From Acaryochloris marina S15 (GTDB lineage Bacteria; Cyanobacteriota; Cyanobacteriia; Thermosynechococcales; Thermosynechococcaceae): a stretch of DNA of 32,000 bases. The position numbers and the translations under genes are program-made. The stretch spans positions 120,001-152,000 of the forward strand of contig NZ_CP064926.1 in NCBI RefSeq assembly GCF_018336915.1. The letters are read 5' to 3'. The first letter of the stretch is position 1, and each line of letters starts with the position of its first letter. The notes under the pieces are model-generated. The model saw nothing but the letters and a program-made list of their open reading frames with translations. It was not told the DNA's origin and did not search any database. Shown here one piece after another: positions 15,175-24,573 of this stretch.

Positions 15175-16002
15175 ATGGTAAAAATACTTGCTTTCTTTAA
15201 CCATGCAGGAGGGGTGGGAAAAACTACCTTAGTGCAACAGGTTGGTTATCATCTTTCTCAATGCAAGAGAAGAGTGCGTGGTAAGCGAAGTCGGAAAAAA
15301 GGCGATTACAATCGAATATTGCTTGTTGATATGGACCCTCAAGCATCTTTAACAACATTTATGGGGATTGAACCATACGATCAAGAGAAAACCATTTACA
15401 ATGCTATTCTAAAAGACGAAGAAGTTCCTATCCTAACTGCTTTGTATGCAAGTAAAGGTATTAAGGATAGTAATGGGTTAGATTTGGTAGCATCTAATTT
15501 GGGTTTGGCGATAGCTGAGCAAGAACTAATGACAGCTGTCATGAAGGATTTTAGACTTCGGGATGCATTAGATCCTATTAAGGAAGACTATGATTTTATA
15601 TTGATTGATTGTCCACCCAGTCTTGGCAATCTAAGTTATATCTCTCTTGTCGCTGCAACTCATTTACTTGTACCTATTCAATCTCAGTACAAAGCATTTA
15701 AAGGTGTTCAGCCTCTATTTGACACAGTTAGATTGGTTGCTGCCCGTCCAAATAAGTCACTCAAAATTGCTGGTTTTATTCCTACGATGTATGACCAAAG
15801 AAATTCTCATGACGAGAGAACTTTAGCGGCAATTCAACAACAACTGACACCAGTAGCCAAAGTTTATTCTCCGATCCCAAGAACTACTACATTTGCTGAT
15901 GCATCTGAAGAAAATCTCCCACTTGCCTTGTTTGATAACAAGCATCCTGCATTGAAGCCCATCAAAGTACTTGCAGAACAGTTGGAGAGTTTAGCAGTAT
16001 GA
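15175..16002 (+). CDS. parA: ParA/Soj-family partition ATPase
   Basis: Deviant Walker A region ILAFFNHAGGVGKTT. Also LLVDMDPQAS and a Walker B-like FILIDCPPSLG. The stop overlaps the parB start (ATGA at 15999-16002). Confidence 0.92.
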   Translation: MVKILAFFNHAGGVGKTTLVQQVGYHLSQCKRRVRGKRSRKKGDYNRILLVDMDPQASLTTFMGIEPYDQEKTIYNAILKDEEVPILTALYASKGIKDSNGLDLVASNLGLAIAEQELMTAVMKDFRLRDALDPIKEDYDFILIDCPPSLGNLSYISLVAATHLLVPIQSQYKAFKGVQPLFDTVRLVAARPNKSLKIAGFIPTMYDQRNSHDERTLAAIQQQLTPVAKVYSPIPRTTTFADASEENLPLALFDNKHPALKPIKVLAEQLESLAV

Positions 16003-16961
16003 CTAGTAAACGTGATAAAGCATATGGTGCAACTATTGACTTAAGCCGTTTGTATGGTAATTCAGTAACAGCACTTGAAATCGGTGAAGATCAGGAAAGC
16101 GAAAAGATAGTAGTCATACCAATAGATAAGATCAAACGTACGTCAGATCAAGTAAGAAGATACTTTGATCCTATGAAAATGAATCAATTGGTGTCTTCCG
16201 TGCGAATTGATGGAATACTTGAAAACCTTATTGTTTCATCAGTCAAAGATGGGAAATTTCAACTTATTTCCGGAGAACGTAGACTTCGAGCTGCAAAAGA
16301 AGTTGGGTTAACAGAAGTTCCAGTAAAGATTCTAAACCTTGATGAGTTTGATGCATTTAGAATTAGCCTAATCGAAAATCTTCAGAGAGAAGATTTAAAT
16401 CCGGTAGAAGAGACAGATGGAATTATCAAGCTACTAGCAGGAGAACTGCAACTAAGTGAGGATGAAGTTGTTTCACTCCTTTATCAAATGCAGAATAGCC
16501 TTACTCGACAAGTTGTGAACCACAACGTTGTGGTTCAGGAGAATCAAGAGACTGTAGAAAAAATTTTCAACTACTTAGGACGATTGAATTGGCAATCTTT
16601 TGTTAAGCATCGCTTGCCATTAAGGAAACTTCCGGAAAATATCTTGGAATCTTTGCGCCAAGGGAAGTTGGCATATACAAAAGCGCAAGTAATTGCTCGG
16701 ATAAAAGATCAAGACTTTCTAGAAGAGATATTAAATGTAGCTATTAAGGAAGGGTTATCACTAAGTGAGATAAAGGCAAGAATCACAGAGTTTGTTCAGA
16801 AGGAGACTTCTGGTAAGAATGATATTGACTCTGAATTGAAGGAGAAAACTGCTCATTGCCTCAAAGTATTGAAAAAGTCAAAGGCACTAAATTCACCTGC
16901 GAAGCAGAAGAAGTTAAGAAAAATACTGGAGCAGCTAGAAAAACTATTAGAGTCAAAGTAG
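15999..16961 (+). CDS. parB: ParB/Spo0J-family partition protein
   Basis: ParB N-terminal box LISGERRLRAAKEVGLTEVPV, plus IENLQREDLNPVEE. An HTH-like region follows, and the gene is translationally coupled to parA. Confidence 0.92.
   Translation: MTSKRDKAYGATIDLSRLYGNSVTALEIGEDQESEKIVVIPIDKIKRTSDQVRRYFDPMKMNQLVSSVRIDGILENLIVSSVKDGKFQLISGERRLRAAKEVGLTEVPVKILNLDEFDAFRISLIENLQREDLNPVEETDGIIKLLAGELQLSEDEVVSLLYQMQNSLTRQVVNHNVVVQENQETVEKIFNYLGRLNWQSFVKHRLPLRKLPENILESLRQGKLAYTKAQVIARIKDQDFLEEILNVAIKEGLSLSEIKARITEFVQKETSGKNDIDSELKEKTAHCLKVLKKSKALNSPAKQKKLRKILEQLEKLLESK
16516..16537. promoter_or_regulatory. candidate parS/centromere palindrome, copy 2 (inside parB)
   Basis: TGAACCACAACGTTGTGGTTCA. 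The core GAACCACAACGTTGTGGTTC is a perfect 20-bp palindrome. It encodes ...VNHNVVVQ... within parB. Confidence 0.55.
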
Positions 16962-17046
16962 TTATTCTTGAGTATTTCTCAGCTTCAAGCACAGTGTTGT
17001 TATACCGCTAGTGGTAAGACTGCCTTTGTTAGCTATCAAATAAATA

Positions 17047-17082
17047 AAATTCCCATAGTTTGTATTCAAACTATGGGAATTT
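17047..17082 (+). terminator. perfect 16-bp hairpin downstream of parB
   Basis: AAATTCCCATAGTTTG-TATT-CAAACTATGGGAATTT. The A-run before it and the T-run within it give possible bidirectional terminator character. No long U-tract follows. Confidence 0.45.
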
Positions 17083-17189
17083 AGCCTTCACATTTTCCTC
17101 AAACTCTTCACCTAGGCTTTGCTTGATCAGAACAACATACTGATTGATGTATCTGATGTCTTTGCATGGCAGTCTAGGAGTATCTACTC

Positions 17190-20100
17190 ATGGAGAATAG
17201 TACCTATACGACCCTTGATGGTAATGAAGCTGCCGCACGGATAGCCTTCATTCTGAATGAGTTGATTGCAATTTATCCCATAACTCCAGCATCACCGATG
17301 GCTGAGTGGGCTGATACATGGACAGAAGCTAATCGAAAAAATTTATGGGGCGTTATTCCACTTGTCATTGAAATGCAAAGTGAAGGAGGTGTTGCAGGGG
17401 CAGTCCATGGAGCCCTGCAAATGGGAGCTTTGACAACTACTTTTACTGCGTCTCAGGGGTTGCTGTTAATGATTCCCAACCTGTTTAAGATTGCGGGAGA
17501 ACTAACCTCTACGGTATTTCATATTGCTGCCCGCTCTGTTGCGGCCCAAGCCTTGTCAATTTTTGGAGACCACAGTGATGTCATGGCTGCCAGGGGGACG
17601 GGCTTCGCAATGTTAAGTGCTTCATCCGTTCAAGAAGCTCAGGACTTTGCTGCGATCGCAACTGCTGCAACCCTAGAATCCCGAATTCCCTTCCTTCATT
17701 TTTTTGATGGTTTCCGAACTTCCCATGAGATCCAGAAAGTAGAACTACTGTCCATTGCTACCCTCAGGGAATTAATCCAGGATAAGTCCATTATGGCCCA
17801 CCGTGCACGTGCCCTCAGCCCTGATCATCCTGTCATACGGGGGACTGCCCAAAATCCTGATGTTTTCTTTCAAGCGCGAGAAACGGTCAACCCTTACTAT
17901 CTGGCTTGCTCTAAGGTTACACAAAAAGTGATGAACGATTTTGTCCAACTGACAGGTCGGCAGTACCAACTATTTGAATACCATGGCCATCCAGAGGCGG
18001 ATCGGATCATCGCTCTGATGGGCTCCGGCTGCGAAACAGTCCATGAAACGGTGGATGCATTGAACCGTCAAGGGGCTCAAGTTGGCGTGATCAAAGTACG
18101 CCTTTATCGTCCTTGGGATGCACAGCAATTTATATCGGCTTTACCCCCTACGACGCAAGCCATAGCTATTTTAGATCGGACTAAAGAGCCTGGTAGTATC
18201 GGTGAACCACTTTACCTAGATGTCCTGGCCACGCTTCACGAACAGTCCTCTCATCATTCTGTTCAAAAGGTTGTTGGGGGGCGCTATGGTCTGTCCTCCA
18301 AAGAATTTACCCCAGCCATGGTCAAAGGAATCTTTGACAACCTTGCAACTCATACCCCAAAAAATCACTTCACCATTGGTATCCATGATGATGTCACCCT
18401 GACAAGCCTCCCTTATGATTCCACCTTTTCCATAGAATCAGACCAGGGAATGCGAGCCATCTTTTATGGCCTAGGGTCTGATGGCACTGTCGGTGCCAAC
18501 AAGAACTCGATCAAGATTATTGGCGAACATACTGATAACTATGCCCAAGGCTACTTCGTCTACGATTCCAAAAAATCTGGGTCAGTCACCGTTTCTCACC
18601 TTCGAATAGGACCAGACCCCATTCGGGCAACTTATCTGATTGAACAAGCCAACTTTATTGCCTGTCATCAATGGGACTTCTTGGATAAAATTGATGTTCT
18701 GAAAGCCGCCCAACCCGAAGCCATTGTCCTTCTGAATAGTCCATATCCAGCTACAGAAATCTGGGAGCACTTACCTGTCCTTGTACAACAACAAGTACTC
18801 CAGAAAAATCTGCAGCTCTATAGCATCAATGCTAACCAGATTGCTCAGGCTATTGGTATGGGAGGACGCATCAATACCGTGATGCAGGTGTGCTTTTTTG
18901 TCCTTTCAAGTATCTTGCCTCGTGATGTGGGAGTTACTTGTATAAAGCAAGCGATTCATCAAACCTATGGCAAGAAGGGCGAAGAAATTGTCAGCATGAA
19001 CCTGAAGGCAGTAGATGCGGCTCTAGAACAACTCTACAGAGTCCCCATTGGCGATGGTATCGATCAGACTAAGGTAAGTGGTCAGTCAACCACTCTGCCG
19101 GAAACCGCTCCTAAGTTTGTTCGCGATGTGCTGAATTGTATGATTCAGCGCCAAGGAGATATGCTCCCTGTGAGCGCGTTACCCGCTGATGGCACCTATC
19201 CCACGGGTACAGCCAAATGGGAAAAAAGGAACATTGCTCAATTTATTCCTGTATGGGATCCAGAGGTCTGTATCCAGTGTGGGAAATGCGTCATGGTTTG
19301 TCCCCACAGTGCGATTCGGAGTAGCGTCTTCGACCCAGAACACCTTGATCAAGCACCACCAACTTTTAAGAGTACAGCGGCCCGTGATCATACCTGGAGT
19401 GATTTAAAATTTTCCATCCAAGTGGCACCGGAGGACTGCACGGGATGCGGCATTTGTGTGGATGTTTGTCCTGCAAAAAACAAGTCCATTCCCCGTCTGA
19501 AAGCCCTCAATATGGAACCCCAACGTTCTTTAAGAGAACCTGAGCGTCAGAATTGGGAGTACTTCTTAAACCTGCCGCATCCCCAACGTCAATCGCTCAA
19601 TCTCCATAAAATTAGTCATCAACAAATGCAAGAACCCTTGTTTGAGTTTTCTGGGGCTTGTGCGGGATGTGGCGAGACACCTTATATCAAACTGGTGACG
19701 CAACTATTTGGCGATCGCATGGTCGTTGCTAATGCCACAGGTTGTTCTTCTATTTACGGTGGCAACCTACCCACAACACCTTGGACCGTAAACGCTGACG
19801 GCCGAGGTCCTGCTTGGTCTAACTCTCTATTTGAGGATAATGCTGAGTTTGGTTTGGGTTTTCGAGTTGCGATTGATCAGCAAAATGAACTTGCTCGTAA
19901 ACTGCTTCAGGAGGTAGTCAATACCGTAGAAGACGAGCATGATTATATCCAGTTTCTAGCTGAGCGACTCTTAGCAGCCAAGCAAGATGACGAAGCTGAT
20001 ATTGCTGAGATCCGTCAAGAAGTCGTTCTATTGAAACAATGGCTAACGGAGCAGGAAATTCATCTGGAGTCCCATACAAACGAAAGACGGGATAACTCGC

Positions 20101-20810
20101 TGATCGAAAAAATGAGTCAGCTCAAGGCCCTGGCTGACTATTTCGTTAAAAAGAGTGTCTGGATTATTGGTGGAGATGGTTGGGCTTACGATATTGGTTA
20201 TGGCGGTCTAGACCACGTCTTGGCCAGTGGGCGCAACGTCAATATCCTCGTGCTGGATACCGAAGTTTATTCCAATACGGGTGGACAGATGTCAAAATCC
20301 ACTCCAAGAGCTGCCGTTGCTAAATTTGCCGCAGGGGGCAAGCCAACCCCGAAGAAAGATCTAGGTTTAATGGCGATGACCTACGGCAATGTCTATGTGG
20401 CTAGTGTTGCTATGGGGGCACGGGATGAACATACCCTTAAAGCTTTTATCGAAGCTGAATCCTATGAAGGTCCTTCCGTAATCCTTGCCTATTCCCATTG
20501 CATTGCTCATGGGATTGAGATGTCTTCAGCCATGCACCATCAAAAATCCTTGGTGGATGCTGGGCGTTGGCTCTTGTATCGTCATGATCCTCGACGAGTG
20601 ACCCAAGACCAAAATCCTTTGGTATTAGATTCGCATGCTCCCAAGGTTCCCATCAACCCATCCATGTATGCCGAGAATCGATTCAAGATGCTAACCCGTA
20701 GCCAGCCAGAGACGGCTCAACAACTCTTGCAAGAAGCTCAGCAAGACGTGAATACCCGTTGGCTTCTCTACCAATATTTAGCAGCTAGACCCCAACGGTC
20801 CCAGTCTTGA
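17190..20810 (+). CDS. nifJ: pyruvate:ferredoxin (flavodoxin) oxidoreductase
   Basis: 1206 aa, with the N-terminus LDGNEAAARIAF...IYPITPASPMAEW. Two ferredoxin-type clusters: CIQCGKCVMVCPH and CTGCGICVDVCP. The CAGCGETPY motif is present, as is the TPP-binding GGDGWAYDIGYGGLDH...NILVLDTEVYSNTGGQ. Confidence 0.97.
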   Translation: MENSTYTTLDGNEAAARIAFILNELIAIYPITPASPMAEWADTWTEANRKNLWGVIPLVIEMQSEGGVAGAVHGALQMGALTTTFTASQGLLLMIPNLFKIAGELTSTVFHIAARSVAAQALSIFGDHSDVMAARGTGFAMLSASSVQEAQDFAAIATAATLESRIPFLHFFDGFRTSHEIQKVELLSIATLRELIQDKSIMAHRARALSPDHPVIRGTAQNPDVFFQARETVNPYYLACSKVTQKVMNDFVQLTGRQYQLFEYHGHPEADRIIALMGSGCETVHETVDALNRQGAQVGVIKVRLYRPWDAQQFISALPPTTQAIAILDRTKEPGSIGEPLYLDVLATLHEQSSHHSVQKVVGGRYGLSSKEFTPAMVKGIFDNLATHTPKNHFTIGIHDDVTLTSLPYDSTFSIESDQGMRAIFYGLGSDGTVGANKNSIKIIGEHTDNYAQGYFVYDSKKSGSVTVSHLRIGPDPIRATYLIEQANFIACHQWDFLDKIDVLKAAQPEAIVLLNSPYPATEIWEHLPVLVQQQVLQKNLQLYSINANQIAQAIGMGGRINTVMQVCFFVLSSILPRDVGVTCIKQAIHQTYGKKGEEIVSMNLKAVDAALEQLYRVPIGDGIDQTKVSGQSTTLPETAPKFVRDVLNCMIQRQGDMLPVSALPADGTYPTGTAKWEKRNIAQFIPVWDPEVCIQCGKCVMVCPHSAIRSSVFDPEHLDQAPPTFKSTAARDHTWSDLKFSIQVAPEDCTGCGICVDVCPAKNKSIPRLKALNMEPQRSLREPERQNWEYFLNLPHPQRQSLNLHKISHQQMQEPLFEFSGACAGCGETPYIKLVTQLFGDRMVVANATGCSSIYGGNLPTTPWTVNADGRGPAWSNSLFEDNAEFGLGFRVAIDQQNELARKLLQEVVNTVEDEHDYIQFLAERLLAAKQDDEADIAEIRQEVVLLKQWLTEQEIHLESHTNERRDNSLIEKMSQLKALADYFVKKSVWIIGGDGWAYDIGYGGLDHVLASGRNVNILVLDTEVYSNTGGQMSKSTPRAAVAKFAAGGKPTPKKDLGLMAMTYGNVYVASVAMGARDEHTLKAFIEAESYEGPSVILAYSHCIAHGIEMSSAMHHQKSLVDAGRWLLYRHDPRRVTQDQNPLVLDSHAPKVPINPSMYAENRFKMLTRSQPETAQQLLQEAQQDVNTRWLLYQYLAARPQRSQS

Positions 20811-20866
20811 TCCTGCCTTGAGCAGACTCCTTTGAGATTGATCGAATCATGTCAGGAGGGAAAATC

Positions 20867-21421
20867 ATGAAATCCAACTATGCTAAGGCCATTGTTACGG
20901 TTCTTTTGACGGGGTTACTCTTGCTATTACTGACCGCCTGTCAACAGTCTATGAAATCTAGCCTTGAGCAATTCCCTGCCCAAAGCAATGCTCAAACCAA
21001 TGCCTCCCCTGCCTCAGAATCAGAGTGCCTTAACTCGCCGCCAAGATGGCGGGGACGCCAGAGAAGACAAAATTATGGTCAATACAGCAGACTATACAAT
21101 CCAAGTACAGTTGAGACCCTTCAAGGTCAGGTCATACAAGTCGATACTGTCACTCCTCGTTGGGGAATGTCCACGGGGGTTCATCTTCAGCTTAGGACTG
21201 AGGAAGGTAATGTCGAAATTAGTCTAGGACCCACTTGGTACTTTGAGGACCAAAATTTCATCATTCAACAGGGGAATAAGATTACCCTCACGGGTTCAAG
21301 AGTGGAGGTTGATAGTCAGCCAGCTGTGATTGCAGCTGCAGTTACCAAAGCCGATGTGACCCTAAAGCTTCGCGATCAAGCGGGTATTCCGATTTGGCGT
21401 AATTGGGGCGGATGTCCCTAG
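20867..21421 (+). CDS. lipoprotein with a conserved C-terminal domain of unknown function (resembles MamS/MamX-type domain proteins as I recall them)
   Basis: Signal peptide plus lipobox: MKSNYAKAIVTVLLTGLLLLLLTAC. AGGAGGG lies upstream of the ATG at 20867. The domain is YNPSTVETLQGQVIQVDTV...GVHLQLRTEEGNVEISLGPTWYFEDQ...GSRVEVDSQPAVIAAAVTKADVTLKLRDQAGIPIW. Confidence 0.65.
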   Translation: MKSNYAKAIVTVLLTGLLLLLLTACQQSMKSSLEQFPAQSNAQTNASPASESECLNSPPRWRGRQRRQNYGQYSRLYNPSTVETLQGQVIQVDTVTPRWGMSTGVHLQLRTEEGNVEISLGPTWYFEDQNFIIQQGNKITLTGSRVEVDSQPAVIAAAVTKADVTLKLRDQAGIPIWRNWGGCP

Positions 21422-21459
21422 AAAACGGGGCTGAAGATAATCTGATAGGGAGCATAGTG

Positions 21460-22188
21460 ATGATGGCAAGACATTCACATAGCGAAATATGGTTATTTAG
21501 ACAGCTGTTCGACCAGAAATCCCATACCTATACCTACCTGATAGCTGATCCTAAGACCAAAGCAGCACTGTTAGTGGATCCTGTTTTAGAGCAAGTCGAC
21601 CGAGATTTAAAACTGATATGCGAATTGGGCTTAAAACTCCAGTTCTGTCTAGAAACGCACATCCATGCTGATCACATTACGGGAACTGAAGCATTACGGG
21701 CAAGAACTGGGTGTCAGGGGATCGTGCCAGAGCATGCTCATGTCGCCTGTGCTGATCGTTATTTACAAGATGGAGAAACGTTAACCATGGGGACTATCCC
21801 TATCCAAGCCATTGCAACGCCCGGTCATACAGATAGTCATAATGCCTATTTAGTCAATGGAGATCGTGTACTAACGGGAGATGCTTTATTCATTCGCGGT
21901 TGTGGTCGTACGGACTTCCAAAGCGGTGATGCAGGAACACTTTATGACTCAGTCACTCAGAAATTATTTACGCTGCCAGAGGAGATCCGGGTCTATCCAG
22001 GGCATGACTATCGTGGACTTACCCTCTCCTCGATTGGTGAAGAGAAGCAATGGAATCCCCGGTTTAAAGGAAGAAATCGCAACACTTTTATTGAGTTTAT
22101 GAACGCTTTGGATCTTCCTGATCCACAAAAGATCATGGAAGCGGTCCCAGCTAATGAACGATGTGGTCAAGTGATTACTGCTTCATGA
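21460..22188 (+). CDS. MBL-fold persulfide dioxygenase (ETHE1/Blh-like)
   Basis: FRQLFDQKSHTYTYLI, the metal motif ETHIHADHITG, ATPGHTDSH, GDALFIRGCGRTDFQSGD and YPGHDY together form a typical ETHE1-type pattern. I prefer the start at ATG 21460; the track ORF starts at 21403. Confidence 0.85.
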   Translation: MMARHSHSEIWLFRQLFDQKSHTYTYLIADPKTKAALLVDPVLEQVDRDLKLICELGLKLQFCLETHIHADHITGTEALRARTGCQGIVPEHAHVACADRYLQDGETLTMGTIPIQAIATPGHTDSHNAYLVNGDRVLTGDALFIRGCGRTDFQSGDAGTLYDSVTQKLFTLPEEIRVYPGHDYRGLTLSSIGEEKQWNPRFKGRNRNTFIEFMNALDLPDPQKIMEAVPANERCGQVITAS

Positions 22189-22276
22189 CGCTTGGAATGC
22201 TGGATTGCTAACTCTAAAAGATCAGTTCTTTACCAATCCCATCAGCCTAATGGGTTCATTTCAAAAAGGGAAAACC

Positions 22277-22759
22277 ATGACATTTGCAATGCACAATCTA
22301 AAAGAAATTGATGCCCTCACGCTCAAGCAATGGATGGATCGGAATGAGGTGTTATTGATTGATGTCAGCAAACCCCAGGAGTTTGAAAAAAGTCATATCC
22401 CTGGAGCAAAACTGATGCCGATTGACAAGTTTGACCCCGCCAAAGTCCCTCGTCTCCAGGGTCAAAGGATTGTCCTTCAGTGTCAATCTGGCAACCGTTC
22501 GACCCAAGCTGCGCATCAAATGTTGCAGGCAGGATTTAGCCATGTTATTCATCTTCAAGGCGGTTTAACTGCTTGGAAGGCTGCTGGATATCCCACTCAG
22601 GGCAAGCGATCCATAAACATACTTCGTTTAGCCCAAATTTTAACGGGCTCTTGTGTTCTCCTTGGGACTAGTTTGGGGTCAACGCTATCTCCTTGGTTTG
22701 TACTACTCAGTATTGTTGTGGGGGGGAGTCTTGTCTTGATAGGGGTAAGCAACGATTGA
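22277..22759 (+). CDS. rhodanese-domain sulfurtransferase with C-terminal two-helix membrane anchor (YgaP-like)
   Basis: Active-site loop CQSGNRS within a rhodanese fold (LLIDVSKPQEFEKSHIPGA...GGLTAWKAAGYP). The hydrophobic tail is ILTGSCVLLGTSLG...WFVLLSIVVGGSLVLIG. I prefer the start at ATG 22277. Confidence 0.85.
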   Translation: MTFAMHNLKEIDALTLKQWMDRNEVLLIDVSKPQEFEKSHIPGAKLMPIDKFDPAKVPRLQGQRIVLQCQSGNRSTQAAHQMLQAGFSHVIHLQGGLTAWKAAGYPTQGKRSINILRLAQILTGSCVLLGTSLGSTLSPWFVLLSIVVGGSLVLIGVSND

Positions 22760-22822
22760 AAGTTCTCGACGCCTTCACCATGGGGAATAAATTAGACCCG
22801 ATTTTAGGCTGATTCAAAGTGT

Positions 22823-24559
22823 ATGCCTCTTCGTAGACTCACTCACTTAAGTCGCTATCTACCCTTCCTAGAATGGTTTCTGGAATACCGTTCTCAGCAC
22901 CTTATTGGCGATTTAATGGCAGGAATAATAGTAGCGATCATGCTGGTTCCTCAAGGCATGGCCTATGCATTGCTGGCTGGGTTACCCCCTCAGATTGGCC
23001 TCTATGCCAGCATCATGCCACTGATACTTTATGCGCTCTTGGGGACAAGCAGAACTTTGGCTGTGGGTCCCGTCGCAATCGTTTCGCTGTTAGTGGCCAC
23101 GGGTGTAGGACAACTTGCTCAACCCAATACGTCTGAATACCTAACTTTGGCCATGATGTTGGCCCTTTTAGTGGGCATCCTACAAGTGCTGATGGGAGTG
23201 GTTCGACTCGGTTTTCTGGTGAACTTTCTCAGTCATGCGGTAATTTCTGGCTTCACTAGTGCAGCTGCCATCATTATTGGTTTTAGCCAACTCAAACACC
23301 TTTTGGGATTGCAACTTCCACAGACCGAGTCTTTTCCAGAATTACTACAGGAGATTTGGAAGCACCTTCCCCAGAGTAATGGCATTATCCTGATTCTTGG
23401 TCTCACTAGCATAGTTGTGTTGCTGGTCTTCAATCATCAATTGCAGCCACTACTAAAGAAGCAAGGGATACCTTCAAATTTGATACTCCCCTTGACCAGA
23501 AGTGGACCATTGCTACTGGTGCTCGTTAATACAGTTTTGGTGTGGGGACTCCAACTCCATGAAGTGGCGCAGGTCAAGATTATTGGTGAGATTCCAGCGG
23601 GGTTGCCGCCCCTGATGCTGCCCACCTTTGACTTGAAGAGTTGGCAAGCTCTAATGCCTACTGCTGTTGCAATCAGTCTTGTAGGATTTATGGAAAGTAT
23701 TGCTGTGGCTAAGTCCCTGGCTAGTAAACGGCGACAAAAAATTGATGCCAACCAAGAGTTGATCGGTCTAGGAGCTGCAAACTTGAGTGCAGCCTTCACC
23801 GGTGGATATCCAGTCACTGGCGGATTAAGTCGAACCGTGGTTAATTTTAGTGCTGGGGCCAACACTGGGTTAGCATCCATAATCACAGCTTTGCTAATTG
23901 CCCTAACAGTTCTGTTTTTCACACCCTTATTTTATTTTTTACCTCAGGCTGTGTTGGCAGCGATCATTATCGTTGCCGTTTTGAATTTGATAGATTTCAC
24001 CTCACTGCAACGCATGTGGCAATACAATCGTGCAGATGCGGCTTCATTACTGATCACCTTTGGTGCTGTGCTGGGGCTAGGTATTGAAGCTGGAATTCTC
24101 GTAGGGATAGTAGCCTCTCTAGGTCTATATTTGTGGCGGACCAGTCATCCCCATTTAGCAGTTGTTGGTCGAATTGAGGGCTCTGAGCATTTTCGAAATG
24201 TGCTGCGGAACCCTGTTAAAACCTACCCTCATGTGTTAGCGATTCGTGTGGATGAAAGTCTCTATTTTGCCAATATAAAAGCCTTGGAAGACTATGTGCT
24301 GCATGCTGTTTCTAATACACCTGATTTGAAACATTTGGTGCTGATCTGTAGTGCCATCAACTTCATTGATGCGAGTGCATTGGAAACGCTCGAAGCACTG
24401 ATTGCTGATTTGAACACTGCTGGAGTGAGGGTCTATTTTGCAGAAGTCAAGGGCCCAGTGATGGATCAGCTAAAAAAGACTGATTTTGTGGAAAAGATAG
24501 GTCGCGAACGCATCTTTCTAAGTACTCATCAGGCCATGCTAGCGCTGTGCTGTAATTGA
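22823..24559 (+). CDS. SulP-family anion (sulfate-type) permease with C-terminal STAS domain
   Basis: 578 aa with many TM segments. SulP motifs: GDLMAGIIVAIMLVPQGMAYALLAGLPP and YASIMPLILYALLGTSRTLAVGPVA. STAS-like end: HLVLICSAINFIDASALETLEALIADLNTAGVRVYFAEVKGPVMD. Confidence 0.93.
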   Translation: MPLRRLTHLSRYLPFLEWFLEYRSQHLIGDLMAGIIVAIMLVPQGMAYALLAGLPPQIGLYASIMPLILYALLGTSRTLAVGPVAIVSLLVATGVGQLAQPNTSEYLTLAMMLALLVGILQVLMGVVRLGFLVNFLSHAVISGFTSAAAIIIGFSQLKHLLGLQLPQTESFPELLQEIWKHLPQSNGIILILGLTSIVVLLVFNHQLQPLLKKQGIPSNLILPLTRSGPLLLVLVNTVLVWGLQLHEVAQVKIIGEIPAGLPPLMLPTFDLKSWQALMPTAVAISLVGFMESIAVAKSLASKRRQKIDANQELIGLGAANLSAAFTGGYPVTGGLSRTVVNFSAGANTGLASIITALLIALTVLFFTPLFYFLPQAVLAAIIIVAVLNLIDFTSLQRMWQYNRADAASLLITFGAVLGLGIEAGILVGIVASLGLYLWRTSHPHLAVVGRIEGSEHFRNVLRNPVKTYPHVLAIRVDESLYFANIKALEDYVLHAVSNTPDLKHLVLICSAINFIDASALETLEALIADLNTAGVRVYFAEVKGPVMDQLKKTDFVEKIGRERIFLSTHQAMLALCCN

Positions 24560-24573
24560 ATAAGGAGAAATCA

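Noticed and set aside
23437-23922. 161-aa minus-strand ORF
   Set aside because: It is entirely antisense to the well-supported SulP permease gene, so it is a shadow ORF. The same reasoning applies to 22873..23136, 23233..23433 and 24643..24885.
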